Assembly (NCBI GenBank): GCA_964291625.2
Contig: OZ220089.1
Location: 1,344,001-1,408,000, forward strand
Direction of reading: 5' to 3'
Length of the DNA stretch: 64,000 bases
DNA from: Candidatus Latescibacterota bacterium
GTDB lineage: Bacteria; Latescibacterota; UBA2968; UBA8231
Part shown: piece by piece, positions 16,559 to 28,913 of the stretch
How positions within the stretch are numbered: position 1 is the first letter of the stretch
Layout of the letters: each line of letters opens with the position of its first letter
Program-made: the position numbers and the translations under genes
The notes under the pieces: generated by a model
What the model was told of the DNA's origin: nothing
Databases searched by the model: none
What the model saw: only the letters and a program-made list of their open reading frames with translations

Positions 16559-18787
16559 ATGACGCCGACTTCGCGCCAGGGCTACGTCGAGCGCCTGCGC
16601 CTCTGGGTGCCCGGCGCCCGAAGAGAGGCCGAGGGCCTCCTGGACAGCTGGCTGGCCAGCCTCGACCCGGAACCGCTCTCCGGCCTGCAGCAACCGCCTG
16701 CGCTGCCCATCAACCTGGCCCTGGCCGAGGGTTTCCTGGCCCGCGAGGACGGCGACGAGGCCCTGGCGGATGCGGCCGCCCGGCGTCTGGCCGGGTACGG
16801 CCGCTTCGCCGAGGCCTATCCCCGCGACCTCATACCGGACCGCCCCGAGTTTGCCGGCGGCCTGCCGGCGCAGCCCAACTTCTTCCACCTGTCGACGATG
16901 GCCGAGGCCTACCTGGGCATCCGCGAGAGCGCCGCGGTCACCGAGGATCAGCACCGGGCGATCCGCGGGATCCTCGCCGAGAGCTGCGACCTCATCTTCG
17001 CCTTCCCCGAGTGGGGGGCCCACAACCGCACGGCCATCCGCGCCTGGGGACTGCTCGCCGCCGCCCGCGCCTGTGACGGCGACCCGCGCTCCCCACGCTG
17101 GGAGCGGATGGCGCGGGAGCTGATGGCCGACAGCCTCGAGGGCTGGACGATCGAGGACGCCATGCACTACCACTCCATGTGGACCCAGGCGATCCTCGGC
17201 TACCTCGATCTCGCCGGCGGGGAAGCGGCCTTCTTCCGCCAGCCCACCAGCCGCTTCTACTTCGAGTACTACCTCAACCTGCTGTGTCCCATCGGCGGCG
17301 TCGCCGACTTCGGCGACTCCTGGTGGGGATCGAACCTGCCCAAGTACCTGCCCATCTTCGAGCGCGGCGCCCGCGAGTACGGCGACGGCTGCCTGCGCTG
17401 GGCCGCCGGCGAGGTCTTCGAGCGCCTGATGGAACGCCACGGCCCCGGACCCTTCGGCGACCCCGTGATCTGGGTGCAGGCGGCCAACTGGATGGACGAG
17501 ACCGTCGAGCCCCGCGCCCCCACCTGGAGGGGCCGCGAGGTGCTGGACGAGCTGGCGGGCAAGAAGGTCGTCTTCCGCGGCGGGTGGTCGCGGCAGGACA
17601 CCTTCCTGCTGCTCAACTACAAGCCGGACAGCGACTACGGCCGCACCCAGCGGGACTACCTCGAGCACACGATCCCGGTGGAGGCGGAGAAGGCCCATCA
17701 CGGGCACGCCGACGAGAACAGCATCTCCACCCTCACCAGCCGGGGCGCCCTGCTGCTCCACGACGGCGGCTATCGCGAGAAGCTGCCGAACGGGCACTAC
17801 CGGGCCGACCTCTACCACAACCGCGTCGTGGCGCGCAACGAGCTCATGCGCGAGGGGGACTCGCTCTACGACTTCCTGCACAACGACGGGCGCTACCGCC
17901 CGGTGGAGACGAGCCGCATCGACTACCGGCGGTTCTCGCGCGTCGAGTTCTCGCGCACCCGCGTCGTCGACCGCGGCGCCGGGTACCTCCACGACCGCGT
18001 CATCGCCTGGCTCCTCGACGAGGAGATGTTCGTCGTCATCGACGGAATCCAGGCCCTGCGGGACGACGTCTTCACCTTCTCCAACCTCTACCACACGCAG
18101 AAGGTGCTCCAGGAGGGGGAGGGCTGGTTCGACACGGCCATCGATTCCGTGCGCGCCCAGGCGGGCGGGGAGGTCTACACGGCGCCGGAGGAGGCCGCCG
18201 CCCTGGCCGTGGTCTACCCGCCGCGGCCGTGGTTCTGGCATGGCCGGGAGCCGGTCCGGCGCCACTGGCAGGAGGAGGTCCTGCTCCACCAGACGACCTC
18301 GGGCCGGCTGGCGGCCGGCAAGTGGGTCGTCTTCTACTCGGTCCTGGCGCCCCACGGCCGCGGCGAGGACCCGGCCGCCATCGCCGCCCGCATCCGCGTG
18401 GCCGGCGTCGACCGCCCCTCCGCCGCCGGCCTCGTGGTCGACTCCGACCGCGGCGAGACGCTCGTCGGCGTCAAGCTCGACCGCGAGGAGGAGCTGCTCA
18501 TGGAGGACGTGCGCCCGCGCTACACCTGGGACTCCGGCCGCACCCGCTACGGCTGGATCGAGACCGACGCCCGCTTCGTGTGGGCCCGGCGCCGGGAGGG
18601 GTCGGTCTCGTACGCCTGCACCGAGGCGATGCGCCTCGACTGCGGCGGCTCCACCCTCCTCGATGCGCCGTCGTACCAGTTCACCCTGCAGTACGCCGGC
18701 CCCAAGGTCAGGGACAGCCCGTCCAAGTGGCGGGCCTGGGAGGAGGAGGACGTGGGGCTTCCCGGAGGGACGGGCGGCGGCGGCTAA
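16559..18787 (+). CDS. Heparinase II/III-like (alpha/alpha + beta-sandwich) protein
   Basis: HNR..W, ED..HYH, ADFGDS and HHGHADENSI..LLHDGGY..HNRVV motifs; start reassigned to MTPTSRQ. Confidence 0.6.
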   Translation: MTPTSRQGYVERLRLWVPGARREAEGLLDSWLASLDPEPLSGLQQPPALPINLALAEGFLAREDGDEALADAAARRLAGYGRFAEAYPRDLIPDRPEFAGGLPAQPNFFHLSTMAEAYLGIRESAAVTEDQHRAIRGILAESCDLIFAFPEWGAHNRTAIRAWGLLAAARACDGDPRSPRWERMARELMADSLEGWTIEDAMHYHSMWTQAILGYLDLAGGEAAFFRQPTSRFYFEYYLNLLCPIGGVADFGDSWWGSNLPKYLPIFERGAREYGDGCLRWAAGEVFERLMERHGPGPFGDPVIWVQAANWMDETVEPRAPTWRGREVLDELAGKKVVFRGGWSRQDTFLLLNYKPDSDYGRTQRDYLEHTIPVEAEKAHHGHADENSISTLTSRGALLLHDGGYREKLPNGHYRADLYHNRVVARNELMREGDSLYDFLHNDGRYRPVETSRIDYRRFSRVEFSRTRVVDRGAGYLHDRVIAWLLDEEMFVVIDGIQALRDDVFTFSNLYHTQKVLQEGEGWFDTAIDSVRAQAGGEVYTAPEEAAALAVVYPPRPWFWHGREPVRRHWQEEVLLHQTTSGRLAAGKWVVFYSVLAPHGRGEDPAAIAARIRVAGVDRPSAAGLVVDSDRGETLVGVKLDREEELLMEDVRPRYTWDSGRTRYGWIETDARFVWARRREGSVSYACTEAMRLDCGGSTLLDAPSYQFTLQYAGPKVRDSPSKWRAWEEEDVGLPGGTGGGG

Positions 18788-21492
18788 CGCGGCGCCAGCC
18801 GCTCCAGCAGTTGCAGGCGCAGGGACTCCAGGACATCGAAGTTGACGATCTTGCCGCCCTCGGCGTCGACGATGTAGAAGGCGTCGGTGGCGCGGTCGGT
18901 GACGGTATTGATGATCGCCATGTGGATGTGGCAGCCCTGCTCGCCGAGGCAGTGGGTGATGGTGTAGAGCAGGCCCACCTCGTCCTGGGCGTTGACGTCG
19001 ACCACGGTGTAGCGGTCGGAGACCTGGTTCTCGAAGAGCACCTCCGGATCGCGCACGGGCCGGTCGCGGCGGCGGCTCCAGTTGGCGCTGTAGCGGTCGA
19101 AGAGCTCCTGCACGGCCAGCTCGCCGGCGATCACCTGCGACAGGCGCCGTTCGAGGCGCTGCTTCTTCCACGGGGGCAGGGCCGCGGTGCCGTCCACGTC
19201 GGTGACCTGGAAGGTGTCGATGACGACATCGTCGTCGCGGGTCTGCACGTCGGCGCGCAGGATGTTGATGTCGTGGACGGCGAGGACCCCGCAGATCTCG
19301 GCCAGCAGGTGGCGCTGGTCGCCGGCGCAGACGACGACCTCCGTGTGGTCGGGGTGCTCCACGTACTCCAGCAGCACCCGCTCCCCCCCGGAGGCGCGGG
19401 CCTCCACCAGCGCCAGGTGCCGCTCGATCTGCTTGCGATCGTAGGCCAGCAGGTAGCGTTCGGACAGGCTCCCCACGTGGGCCTCGAAGGCCTCCACCTT
19501 CTCCGGCGCCCAACGGCCGCGGACCCCCTCCAGGTGCCCGTCGACGATCGCCCGCGCCCGGGCGCGCTCCTCCAGGCTCTCCATGCCCGAGGCGAGCTGC
19601 TCCATGGTCTTGTGGTAGAGCTCCCAGAGCAGGGCGCCCTGCCAGTCGGTCCAGGCGTCGGCGGCGACGGCGGACAGGTCGGCGTAGGACATCAGGTAGA
19701 GGGCGCGCAGCCAGTCGGGTTCGGCGAAGCGGCCGGCGAAGTCGGCGATCATGCGGTGATCGTCGAGGTCGCGGCGCTTGGAGATGGTCACCATCTCCTG
19801 GTGGTTCTCGATGAGGAACAGGACCTGCCTCGTATCCGCCTCGGACAGCCCGATGCGCTCGCACAGCCCGGCGCCCATGCGCAGGCCGACGCTGATGTGC
19901 TCCTCGCGGCGGGACTTGCCGATGTCGTGGAGGAGCATGCCCAGAAAGAGCAGCTCCTTGCGCTCGATCTCGGAGGCGGCCAGCACCAGCGACGGCGGTC
20001 CCTCGCCGCGCAGCAGCTCCTCGAGCTTCTCCAGGCCCACCAGGGTGTGCTCGTCCACCGTGTAGAGGTGGTAGATGTCGTACTGCACCAGGCAGGTCAG
20101 GTCCCCGAACTCCGGGAGGTAGGCGCCGAGGACGCCGAGATCGTGCATCGCCCTCAGGGTGGCGGCGGTGTTCCGCCGGCGCTCGAGGATGCGCAGGAAG
20201 AGGTCGCGGGCTTCCGGGCGGCGGCGCACGCCGTCGTCGATCAGGTGGGTCGACTGGCGCAGGAGGCGGCAGACCGGCTCCGACAGGTACAGGCGCCGGG
20301 TCTGGGACAGGCGGAAGATCGACAGCAGCCGCAGCGGGTCGGCGGCCAGCCACTCGGCGCCGCCGGGCAGCTCGATCTGGTTGTCGACGGCCACCACCCC
20401 CGGCTCCAGCAGCAGCCGCCGGCCCCGCCGGGGTCCCGCCGCCAGGCGGTCGAAACCGAGCCGCGCCGCGTGGAAGGCCTGGCTGGCATGCAGGTAGTAG
20501 TCGCGGAGGAAGGCCTCCACGGCCAGCTCGCGGCCGCGGTCGGCGCCGGTGCGGTCCGGCGTCCCCACGCGCAGCAGGTCCCCCTGGCTCGGCAGCTCCC
20601 CGGGGGCGCCGACGGCGCGGTCGAAGTAGCCGAGGCTGCGGGCCACGACGGGTTTGATCTCGTTGCCGAGGACGTCGTGCTTGCGGCCCATGGAGAAGTG
20701 CAGCTCGTGGCGGATGCGCCACAGGAAGTCGCGCCCCCCCGCCAGGGCCCGCAGGTCCTGCTCGTCGAGGTAGCGGCCGAGGCCCTCGGCGGCGTCGGCG
20801 GTGCGCTCGCGGGCCTTGACGGCCCACTCCAGCAGGTGGATCTCGCGCAGGCCGCCGGGTGATTCCTTGACGTTGGGCTCCAGCAACTGCACCGAGCCGG
20901 TGTGGGCCCCGCGCTCCAGGTGCAGCCGCCGCAGGCGCCCGGCGGTGCCCTTCGGCAGCCGCGCCAGCAGGCGCTTGCGAAAGTCGGCGAAGAGCCCGGC
21001 GTCGCCGGCCAGCAGGCGCGCGTCGAGCATGGCCGTGCACGACTCCAGGTCGCGCGACATCTCGACGCATTCCGAGAGGGTGCGGCTGCTGTGGCCGATG
21101 TCGAAGCCGAGGTCCCACAACGGGTGCAGGACCCCGGCGACGAGCTCCGCCTTCTTGTCGCGCTTGCGGGCGAAGAGGAAGAGCAGGTCCACGTCGGAGC
21201 GGGGCGCCATCTCGCCGCGGCCGTAGCCGCCGAGGGCGGCCAGGGCGTGGCGCACCTCCGGGTGGGGGCCGGCCCCGGTCTCCCAGGCGTCGAGGACGAC
21301 GGCGTCGGCGGTGGCGGCGATGCCCGCCGCCGTCTCGAGGCCGCCGGCGCCGGCCTTGTGGGCGCGGGACAACTCCTCCAGGCGCCACTCCCAGAAGCCG
21401 AGCCGGGCCTCGGTGGAAGCGCCGCGGTCGCGCAGCTGCCGGCGCAGATCACGCAGCAGTCCGTCCCTGGAGTCGCCTTGGGGCGGGGACAT
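18784..21492 (-). CDS. glnD: PII uridylyltransferase/uridylyl-removing enzyme
   Basis: ALGGYGRGEMAPRSDVDL, EPNVKESPGGLRE, YHLYTVDEHT, LLHDIGK and two ACT domains. Confidence 0.95.
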   Translation of the reverse strand: MSPPQGDSRDGLLRDLRRQLRDRGASTEARLGFWEWRLEELSRAHKAGAGGLETAAGIAATADAVVLDAWETGAGPHPEVRHALAALGGYGRGEMAPRSDVDLLFLFARKRDKKAELVAGVLHPLWDLGFDIGHSSRTLSECVEMSRDLESCTAMLDARLLAGDAGLFADFRKRLLARLPKGTAGRLRRLHLERGAHTGSVQLLEPNVKESPGGLREIHLLEWAVKARERTADAAEGLGRYLDEQDLRALAGGRDFLWRIRHELHFSMGRKHDVLGNEIKPVVARSLGYFDRAVGAPGELPSQGDLLRVGTPDRTGADRGRELAVEAFLRDYYLHASQAFHAARLGFDRLAAGPRRGRRLLLEPGVVAVDNQIELPGGAEWLAADPLRLLSIFRLSQTRRLYLSEPVCRLLRQSTHLIDDGVRRRPEARDLFLRILERRRNTAATLRAMHDLGVLGAYLPEFGDLTCLVQYDIYHLYTVDEHTLVGLEKLEELLRGEGPPSLVLAASEIERKELLFLGMLLHDIGKSRREEHISVGLRMGAGLCERIGLSEADTRQVLFLIENHQEMVTISKRRDLDDHRMIADFAGRFAEPDWLRALYLMSYADLSAVAADAWTDWQGALLWELYHKTMEQLASGMESLEERARARAIVDGHLEGVRGRWAPEKVEAFEAHVGSLSERYLLAYDRKQIERHLALVEARASGGERVLLEYVEHPDHTEVVVCAGDQRHLLAEICGVLAVHDINILRADVQTRDDDVVIDTFQVTDVDGTAALPPWKKQRLERRLSQVIAGELAVQELFDRYSANWSRRRDRPVRDPEVLFENQVSDRYTVVDVNAQDEVGLLYTITHCLGEQGCHIHMAIINTVTDRATDAFYIVDAEGGKIVNFDVLESLRLQLLERLAPR

Positions 21493-21568
21493 GGCTCGGG
21501 CTGGAGGATCGCCGGGGCCGCTCAGGGCCGCCCGGCGGCGGAGTTCCGGAGGCCGGGGCCGCCCGCGT

Positions 21569-24064
<2,496 letters not shown>

Positions 24065-24205
24065 GACTCTCTCCTGGGTCTCTCCGGATGGCCGGAAAGG
24101 GCCCTCCGTTGAGCTCGTAAGTAACGGATAAATCTCCACTTCTGTGTTGTCCCGTGTCAAGGTCGAGGGGGGCCCGCGGCGGTCTCCGGCGCGCCGGTCC
24201 GGCGC

Positions 24206-24235
24206 TTGACATCGTTCGCGTGATCCCGGTATAGT
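24206..24235 (+). promoter_or_regulatory. Sigma70 promoter of hflX (probably leaderless)
   Basis: TTGACA-N18-TATAGT ending 6 nt before ATG 24242; a divergent TTGACA for lon lies at 24155-24160 (minus strand). Confidence 0.75.
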
Positions 24236-24241
24236 GGCTGC

Positions 24242-25552
24242 ATGAGTCACCCCACCGCTGCGCCCCGCGAGTCCGCCCTGCTCGTCGGCCTGGCCCTGCC
24301 GGGCATGCCCGCGTGGGAAGTGCGGGAGTCCCTCGACGAGCTCGCCCGCCTGGCCGACACCGCGACCCTGGCCGTGGCCGAGCGCCTGCTGCAGACGCGC
24401 CCCCGCGTCGACCCCGCCTACTACATCGGCAAGGGCAAGGCCAACCAGCTGCGCGAGCTGGCCGAGGGCTGCGGGGCCGACATGGTTCTCTTCGACAACG
24501 ACCTGTCCCCCGCCCAGATGCGCAACCTCGAGAAGCTCACGGAGATGCGCATCCTCGACCGCAGCGCCATCATCCTCGACATCTTCGCCCGCCACGCGCG
24601 CACGCGCTCGGCCCACGTGCAGGTCGAGCTGGCGCAGCTCAAGTACCTGCTGCCGCGCCTGACCCGCGCCTGGACCCACCTGTCGCGCCAGGCCGGCGGC
24701 GGCGCCATCCGCGGCATGGGGGCCGCCGGCGGCCGCGGCCCTGGGGAGACCCAGCTAGAGGTCGACCGCCGCCTGGTCCGCACCCGCATCGGCACCCTGC
24801 AGAGCGAGCTCAACCGCATCGGCTCGCAGATGGCCAATGCGCGCAAGGGCCGCGGGGATCTCTTCCGCGTCGCCCTCGTGGGCTACACCAACGCCGGCAA
24901 GTCGACCCTCATGCGGGCCCTGTCCGGCGCCGACGTCCTCGTGCAGGACCAACTCTTCGCCACCCTCGACTCCACGACCCGCTCCGTCGACCTCGAGGGC
25001 GGGCCCCGGATCCTGCTCACCGACACGGTGGGCTTCATCAACCGCCTGCCCCACCATCTCTTCGCCTCCTTCCGCGCCACCCTCGAGGAGGCCGCCGAGG
25101 CCGACCTGCTGCTGCACGTGGTCGACCGCTCGCACCCGCAGTACGCCCACCAGATGGGCACCGTCGAGGGCGTCCTCGCCGAGCTCGGCATCGAGGACCG
25201 GCCGCTGCTGGTGGTCCACAACAAGATCGACCGCCTCGATCCGGACGGAGATGAGGAGGAGGAGACCACCGCCTGCGGCCGGGAGGACGTGGTGGCCGTC
25301 TCCGCCCTCACCGGCACGGGCCTCGACGACCTGCGCGCCGCGATCCGCGGCCACTGCCAGGAGCAGGAAGTCACCCTCGACCTGTGCATCCCCCAGGCCG
25401 AGGGCCGGCTGCTGTCGCAGCTGCACGAGCAGGGAGAGGTCCTGGAGCAGTCCTACGACCCGCGCGAAGTCCGCCTGCGGGTGCGCCTCGGCCGCGCCTG
25501 GGCCGAGCGCTGGAGCCTGGAGCGCTTCCAGCCCACCGAGGCCGGTCCCTAG
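24242..25552 (+). CDS. hflX: Ribosome-splitting GTPase HflX
   Basis: GPGETQLEVDRR, GYTNAGKST, LFATLD, DTVGF, NKID. Confidence 0.96.
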   Translation: MSHPTAAPRESALLVGLALPGMPAWEVRESLDELARLADTATLAVAERLLQTRPRVDPAYYIGKGKANQLRELAEGCGADMVLFDNDLSPAQMRNLEKLTEMRILDRSAIILDIFARHARTRSAHVQVELAQLKYLLPRLTRAWTHLSRQAGGGAIRGMGAAGGRGPGETQLEVDRRLVRTRIGTLQSELNRIGSQMANARKGRGDLFRVALVGYTNAGKSTLMRALSGADVLVQDQLFATLDSTTRSVDLEGGPRILLTDTVGFINRLPHHLFASFRATLEEAAEADLLLHVVDRSHPQYAHQMGTVEGVLAELGIEDRPLLVVHNKIDRLDPDGDEEEETTACGREDVVAVSALTGTGLDDLRAAIRGHCQEQEVTLDLCIPQAEGRLLSQLHEQGEVLEQSYDPREVRLRVRLGRAWAERWSLERFQPTEAGP

Positions 25553-26157
25553 CCCTCCAGCTTTCCCTCTTTCACGGAATCGGCGATCAGCCGCCGCGCG
25601 AACTCCCACAGCGCCGGCGAGCCGTCGGCGATGTGCTGGTTGCGGTCCACCACCTGGGCCGCGCGCACGCCGTGCCGCCGCCAGCCGGTGACGCCCTCCA
25701 TGTGGTAGTTGAGGATCAGCGGCTGCAGCCGGTCGAGGGCGGCCGCGTACCGGGCCTCGGGAGTCTCGCGGGCCTCGAACTCCTCCCACAGCCGCCGCAG
25801 GGAGTCGCCCTGGTCCTCGGGCAGCAGCCCGAAGATCCGCTCCGCGGCGGCGCGCTCACGCTCCTCCTTGCCGACGTTGGCCTCCTCGTCGTAGGCGAAG
25901 GTGTCGCCGGCGTCGATCTCCACGAGATCGTGGATCAGGTGCATGGTCAGCACCTTGCACAGGTCCACCTCCGCGGCAGCGTGCTCGTGCAGGACCACCG
26001 CCATCAGCGCCAGGTGCCACGAGTGCTCGGCGTCGTTCTCCCAGCGGCTGTCGTCGGTGAGGCGGGACCGCCGGAAGACCTGCTTGAGGCGGTCCACGGC
26101 GACGATGAATTGGATCTGTTGGGTGAGCGGGTCGGGGGGTGGCATGGGGCTGTCCAT
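25549..26157 (-). CDS. HD-domain phosphohydrolase (HDDC2/YfbR-like)
   Basis: ENDAEHSWHLA, IHDLVEIDAGD, DRLQP. Confidence 0.88.
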   Translation of the reverse strand: MDSPMPPPDPLTQQIQFIVAVDRLKQVFRRSRLTDDSRWENDAEHSWHLALMAVVLHEHAAAEVDLCKVLTMHLIHDLVEIDAGDTFAYDEEANVGKEERERAAAERIFGLLPEDQGDSLRRLWEEFEARETPEARYAAALDRLQPLILNYHMEGVTGWRRHGVRAAQVVDRNQHIADGSPALWEFARRLIADSVKEGKLEG

Positions 26158-26176
26158 CAGAGGTTGGTGGGCATCG

Positions 26177-26956
26177 CTATTTCTGGGATTTGCACGGGCG
26201 TTGGTTCAGTTTCCAGCCGTTCAGCCTCCTTACCTCCAGCAGCTTTTCCCGGGACACATGCAGATCCACGTCCAGATGGCGTTTCAGCTCGGAGTCATCC
26301 ATTGAAAGGGGCACATCCTTCTGCAGCGAGAATCCGTGCTTCAACACGCACACGTGGAGGGTCAGCCCCTCGGCCTCCAGATCCTCCTTGTGTTTGCCGC
26401 CCCGCACCACGCCGATCCCCTCCCTGATCACCCCCAGGAAATTGGCGATGGTCGAGTTGTCGGTGCTCTCCAAGAGGTGGAACCAGAGGCCCCAAACAGG
26501 CTCGCGCATCAGCTTCAGCACGTCCTTGTGGATTGGAAAGACGTTACTCTTGTTGGATTCTCCACCCTTAGTGGACCACCCACCCGCCTTGAACTCGACG
26601 TTGCAGCGGCGGCATCTCGTCTGGAGGTCATATACGGTGAGGTCCGTCTGAGCTGAGATCTCCTTCGTCTCACCGGTGAACTGGTAGGTCTTGTCGGTAG
26701 GCGTCTCGACGGAATACCTGAACTGCCCGGCCGTGCACAAGGCTTCGACGAAGGCGAACCTGGCCCCCTGCTCACTGACACGCAAATCCCCCTTCTCGCC
26801 CTCCTTCTTCCCACGGTAACGCGGAAAGAGGAGGCGACATCTGTCGGTGTCGTTCGACTGGCATTCGCTTCGCTCGTACGCCTCCCACAGCAGACGGTCC
26901 GTCCGCCTGCACTGACTCGAGATGCCCGCGGGCACCGTCGTCGTGGAACTTTCCAC
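26177..26956 (-). CDS. Hypothetical protein, possible PD-(D/E)XK nuclease fold, lower GC
   Basis: SEQ..RFAF, YSVETPT, QTDLTV and NVEFK arrangement; visibly more AT-rich than its flanks. Confidence 0.55.
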   Translation of the reverse strand: MESSTTTVPAGISSQCRRTDRLLWEAYERSECQSNDTDRCRLLFPRYRGKKEGEKGDLRVSEQGARFAFVEALCTAGQFRYSVETPTDKTYQFTGETKEISAQTDLTVYDLQTRCRRCNVEFKAGGWSTKGGESNKSNVFPIHKDVLKLMREPVWGLWFHLLESTDNSTIANFLGVIREGIGVVRGGKHKEDLEAEGLTLHVCVLKHGFSLQKDVPLSMDDSELKRHLDVDLHVSREKLLEVRRLNGWKLNQRPCKSQK

Positions 26957-27059
26957 TGGTCCTCCCTTCGAGAGGTCGTTGTAGTGTGGTGGTCACCGGC
27001 AACGGTAAGGCCTCCGGCCGCAGCAGGTCCACCCTCAGACCTCCCACGATTCGCCGTCC

Positions 27060-27140
27060 CTCTGGCGCGTCCAGAGCCAAGCCCACGTCGAGCAGGACCC
27101 GCTTCCCTTGGGCCTCGATCTCGATGCAGGTGCCGCCGTG
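27060..27140 (-). pseudogene. N-terminal remnant of an RNase J-like MBL-fold hydrolase
   Basis: GGTCIEIEAQGKRVLLDVGLALDAP matches the MBL N-terminus; no HxHxDH follows. Confidence 0.55.
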
Positions 27141-27222
27141 CTTCCTCGGGACTTCCACGGCCCGGCCTCGGACCGTCTCCGGCGTGCCGGAAGGAACGCC
27201 TCGGAGGGAGGCCCGGCCGCTG

Positions 27223-27252
27223 TTGACGAGAGCTTGAACGCCCCCCTAAGCT
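27223..27252 (+). promoter_or_regulatory. Putative sigma70 promoter
   Basis: TTGACG-N18-TAAGCT upstream of the AlbA_2 gene. Confidence 0.45.
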
Positions 27253-27308
27253 AGCGCGCAAGCTGACCCCCGCCGCGGGCGCGGGGCAACTTCCGGGCAG
27301 AGGTTCCC

Positions 27309-28499
27309 ATGGATTGGCGCGACATCGCCAGGCGCATCGAGGCAGGTGAGGACGGGAAGACCGAGTTCAAACGGGATCTCGCGGAACTCTCCGGCATCGG
27401 CCGGGCGATCTGCGCCTTCGCCAACGCCGACGGCGGCCTGATCATCCTGGGCGTCGACGACCGCGGTGCCATCGTCGGCGTGAGAGAGGATCCCGATGCG
27501 GCCCAGGAGAGGATGACCAGCTTTCTGCACTCGGGATGCAGCGCTCCGGTTTCCGCGCGCTGCGGGCGGCACGACGCCGCCAACGGATGGGTGCATTGGA
27601 TCGAGGTGCCCCGCCAGCGGGGGTTCGAGCCGCTCCACCACCGCGGACGCGTATGGATCCGGCGGGAACGCAGCAGCGTGGAGCCGTCGCCCACCGAGCT
27701 CCAGGAGCTGTACAACACCTTCGGCTTTGTTCTGACGGAAGAGCAGGTCATCCCCGCGGCGAGCATGGAGGACATCGACGCCGGAGCCTTCCGGTCCTTC
27801 CTGCGCGCCCAGGGGCTCGATACCGAGGAGGAACCGCAGCCGCCCATCGGCGACGACCTCCGCAACCGGCGCATTGTCGCGGAGTTCGACGGAACCCTGT
27901 GCCCTACCCTCTACGGATTGATGGCCTTCGGCAGGGAGCCGCAGGCGCACCCCCAGACGGCGAGCTTCTTCGTCCAGTGCACCGCCTATGCCGGCGAGGA
28001 CCGGGCCTCGGAGGTCATTCTCTCCGGAGAGGGAAAAGAGCGTCTTGATGAGCAGGTACGCCGCGCCGCGGGATGGGTTCGAGGCCTGGGCTGGACCGAG
28101 CGGTACCACGGCCTCGAACGGGAGGACAGGCCCCTGATCCCCGAGAAGGCGTTGCGGGAGGCGATGGTCAACGCCGTCGTCCACCGCGACTACGCGATCA
28201 CCGGGGCAAAGGTCCTGCTGGAAGTGTTCCGGGACCGCCTCGAGGTGACCAGCCCCGGCACCCTGCCGAATCACATGAGGGTCGAGAACGTTTACTCCGG
28301 CGGGAACCCCCGGTCGCGAAACGAGCTGATGGCCAACGCCATCCTCGTCGCCCGCCTGATGGAGCAGCGGGGACGGGGATGGCCGGTGATGCGGCAGGCG
28401 ATGCGGGAGTTCAATGGCACCGAGCCGGAGCTCGTGCAGGAGGAGGGCGGGAAGTTCGTGCGCGTTACGTTCCGCATTCGAGACCGCGGCGGCGGCTGA
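27309..28499 (+). CDS. Schlafen/AlbA_2 domain + HATPase_c_4 (RecG C-terminal-like) protein
   Basis: GEDGKTEFKR, ICAFANADGGLIILGVDD, ALREAMVNAVVHRDY, SPGTLP, RNELMA. Confidence 0.85.
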   Translation: MDWRDIARRIEAGEDGKTEFKRDLAELSGIGRAICAFANADGGLIILGVDDRGAIVGVREDPDAAQERMTSFLHSGCSAPVSARCGRHDAANGWVHWIEVPRQRGFEPLHHRGRVWIRRERSSVEPSPTELQELYNTFGFVLTEEQVIPAASMEDIDAGAFRSFLRAQGLDTEEEPQPPIGDDLRNRRIVAEFDGTLCPTLYGLMAFGREPQAHPQTASFFVQCTAYAGEDRASEVILSGEGKERLDEQVRRAAGWVRGLGWTERYHGLEREDRPLIPEKALREAMVNAVVHRDYAITGAKVLLEVFRDRLEVTSPGTLPNHMRVENVYSGGNPRSRNELMANAILVARLMEQRGRGWPVMRQAMREFNGTEPELVQEEGGKFVRVTFRIRDRGGG

Positions 28500-28520
28500 T
28501 TCGCAGACCGTCGAGCACTC

Positions 28521-28913
28521 CTACCTGCCGGCGGCCGTCTCAACGCATTCCTTCACCAGCAGCAGGCTTTCGTTCGATCCGTCCAGCAGCCGCTGCATCG
28601 GCGTTTCTCCCTCCAACGCCGGGTGCGGCTCCCAGAGCCACTTGTTCTCGCTCTCCTCGCTTGGGAACAACGCGGACAGAGTCTTTCGAATGCGGAAGAG
28701 ATGAACGACCCGGTCCTCGATGTCGCGTCCCCTGAGAGCAGCACGACCATTCAGCAGATCGCGCAGATAGGGCATATCCGCCGGTTTGAGTCCAAGCAAG
28801 GGTGCGGCGTCGTCAGGGTTCAGCTGCCAAGTCCGCAAGAGTTCGTCGACGAATTGGACGGGGCCGGCCAACCGGCCTTGAGCTTCCATCCTCAATTTCG
28901 TGGCGCTGCCCAC
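28521..28913 (-). CDS. Xre/MbcA/ParS-like antitoxin
   Basis: DRVVHLFRIRKTLSALF..ENKWLWEPHPALEGETPMQRLLDG; start uncertain. Confidence 0.65.
   Translation of the reverse strand: MGSATKLRMEAQGRLAGPVQFVDELLRTWQLNPDDAAPLLGLKPADMPYLRDLLNGRAALRGRDIEDRVVHLFRIRKTLSALFPSEESENKWLWEPHPALEGETPMQRLLDGSNESLLLVKECVETAAGR

Noticed and set aside
11164-16560. 1798-aa giant TonB receptor
   Set aside because: The 5' extension is an off-frame read through the DUF6785-like gene; the real start with RBS and signal peptide is 14106. The same artefact affects 34743..38225, 50494..54114, 55428..59438 and 28913..30637.
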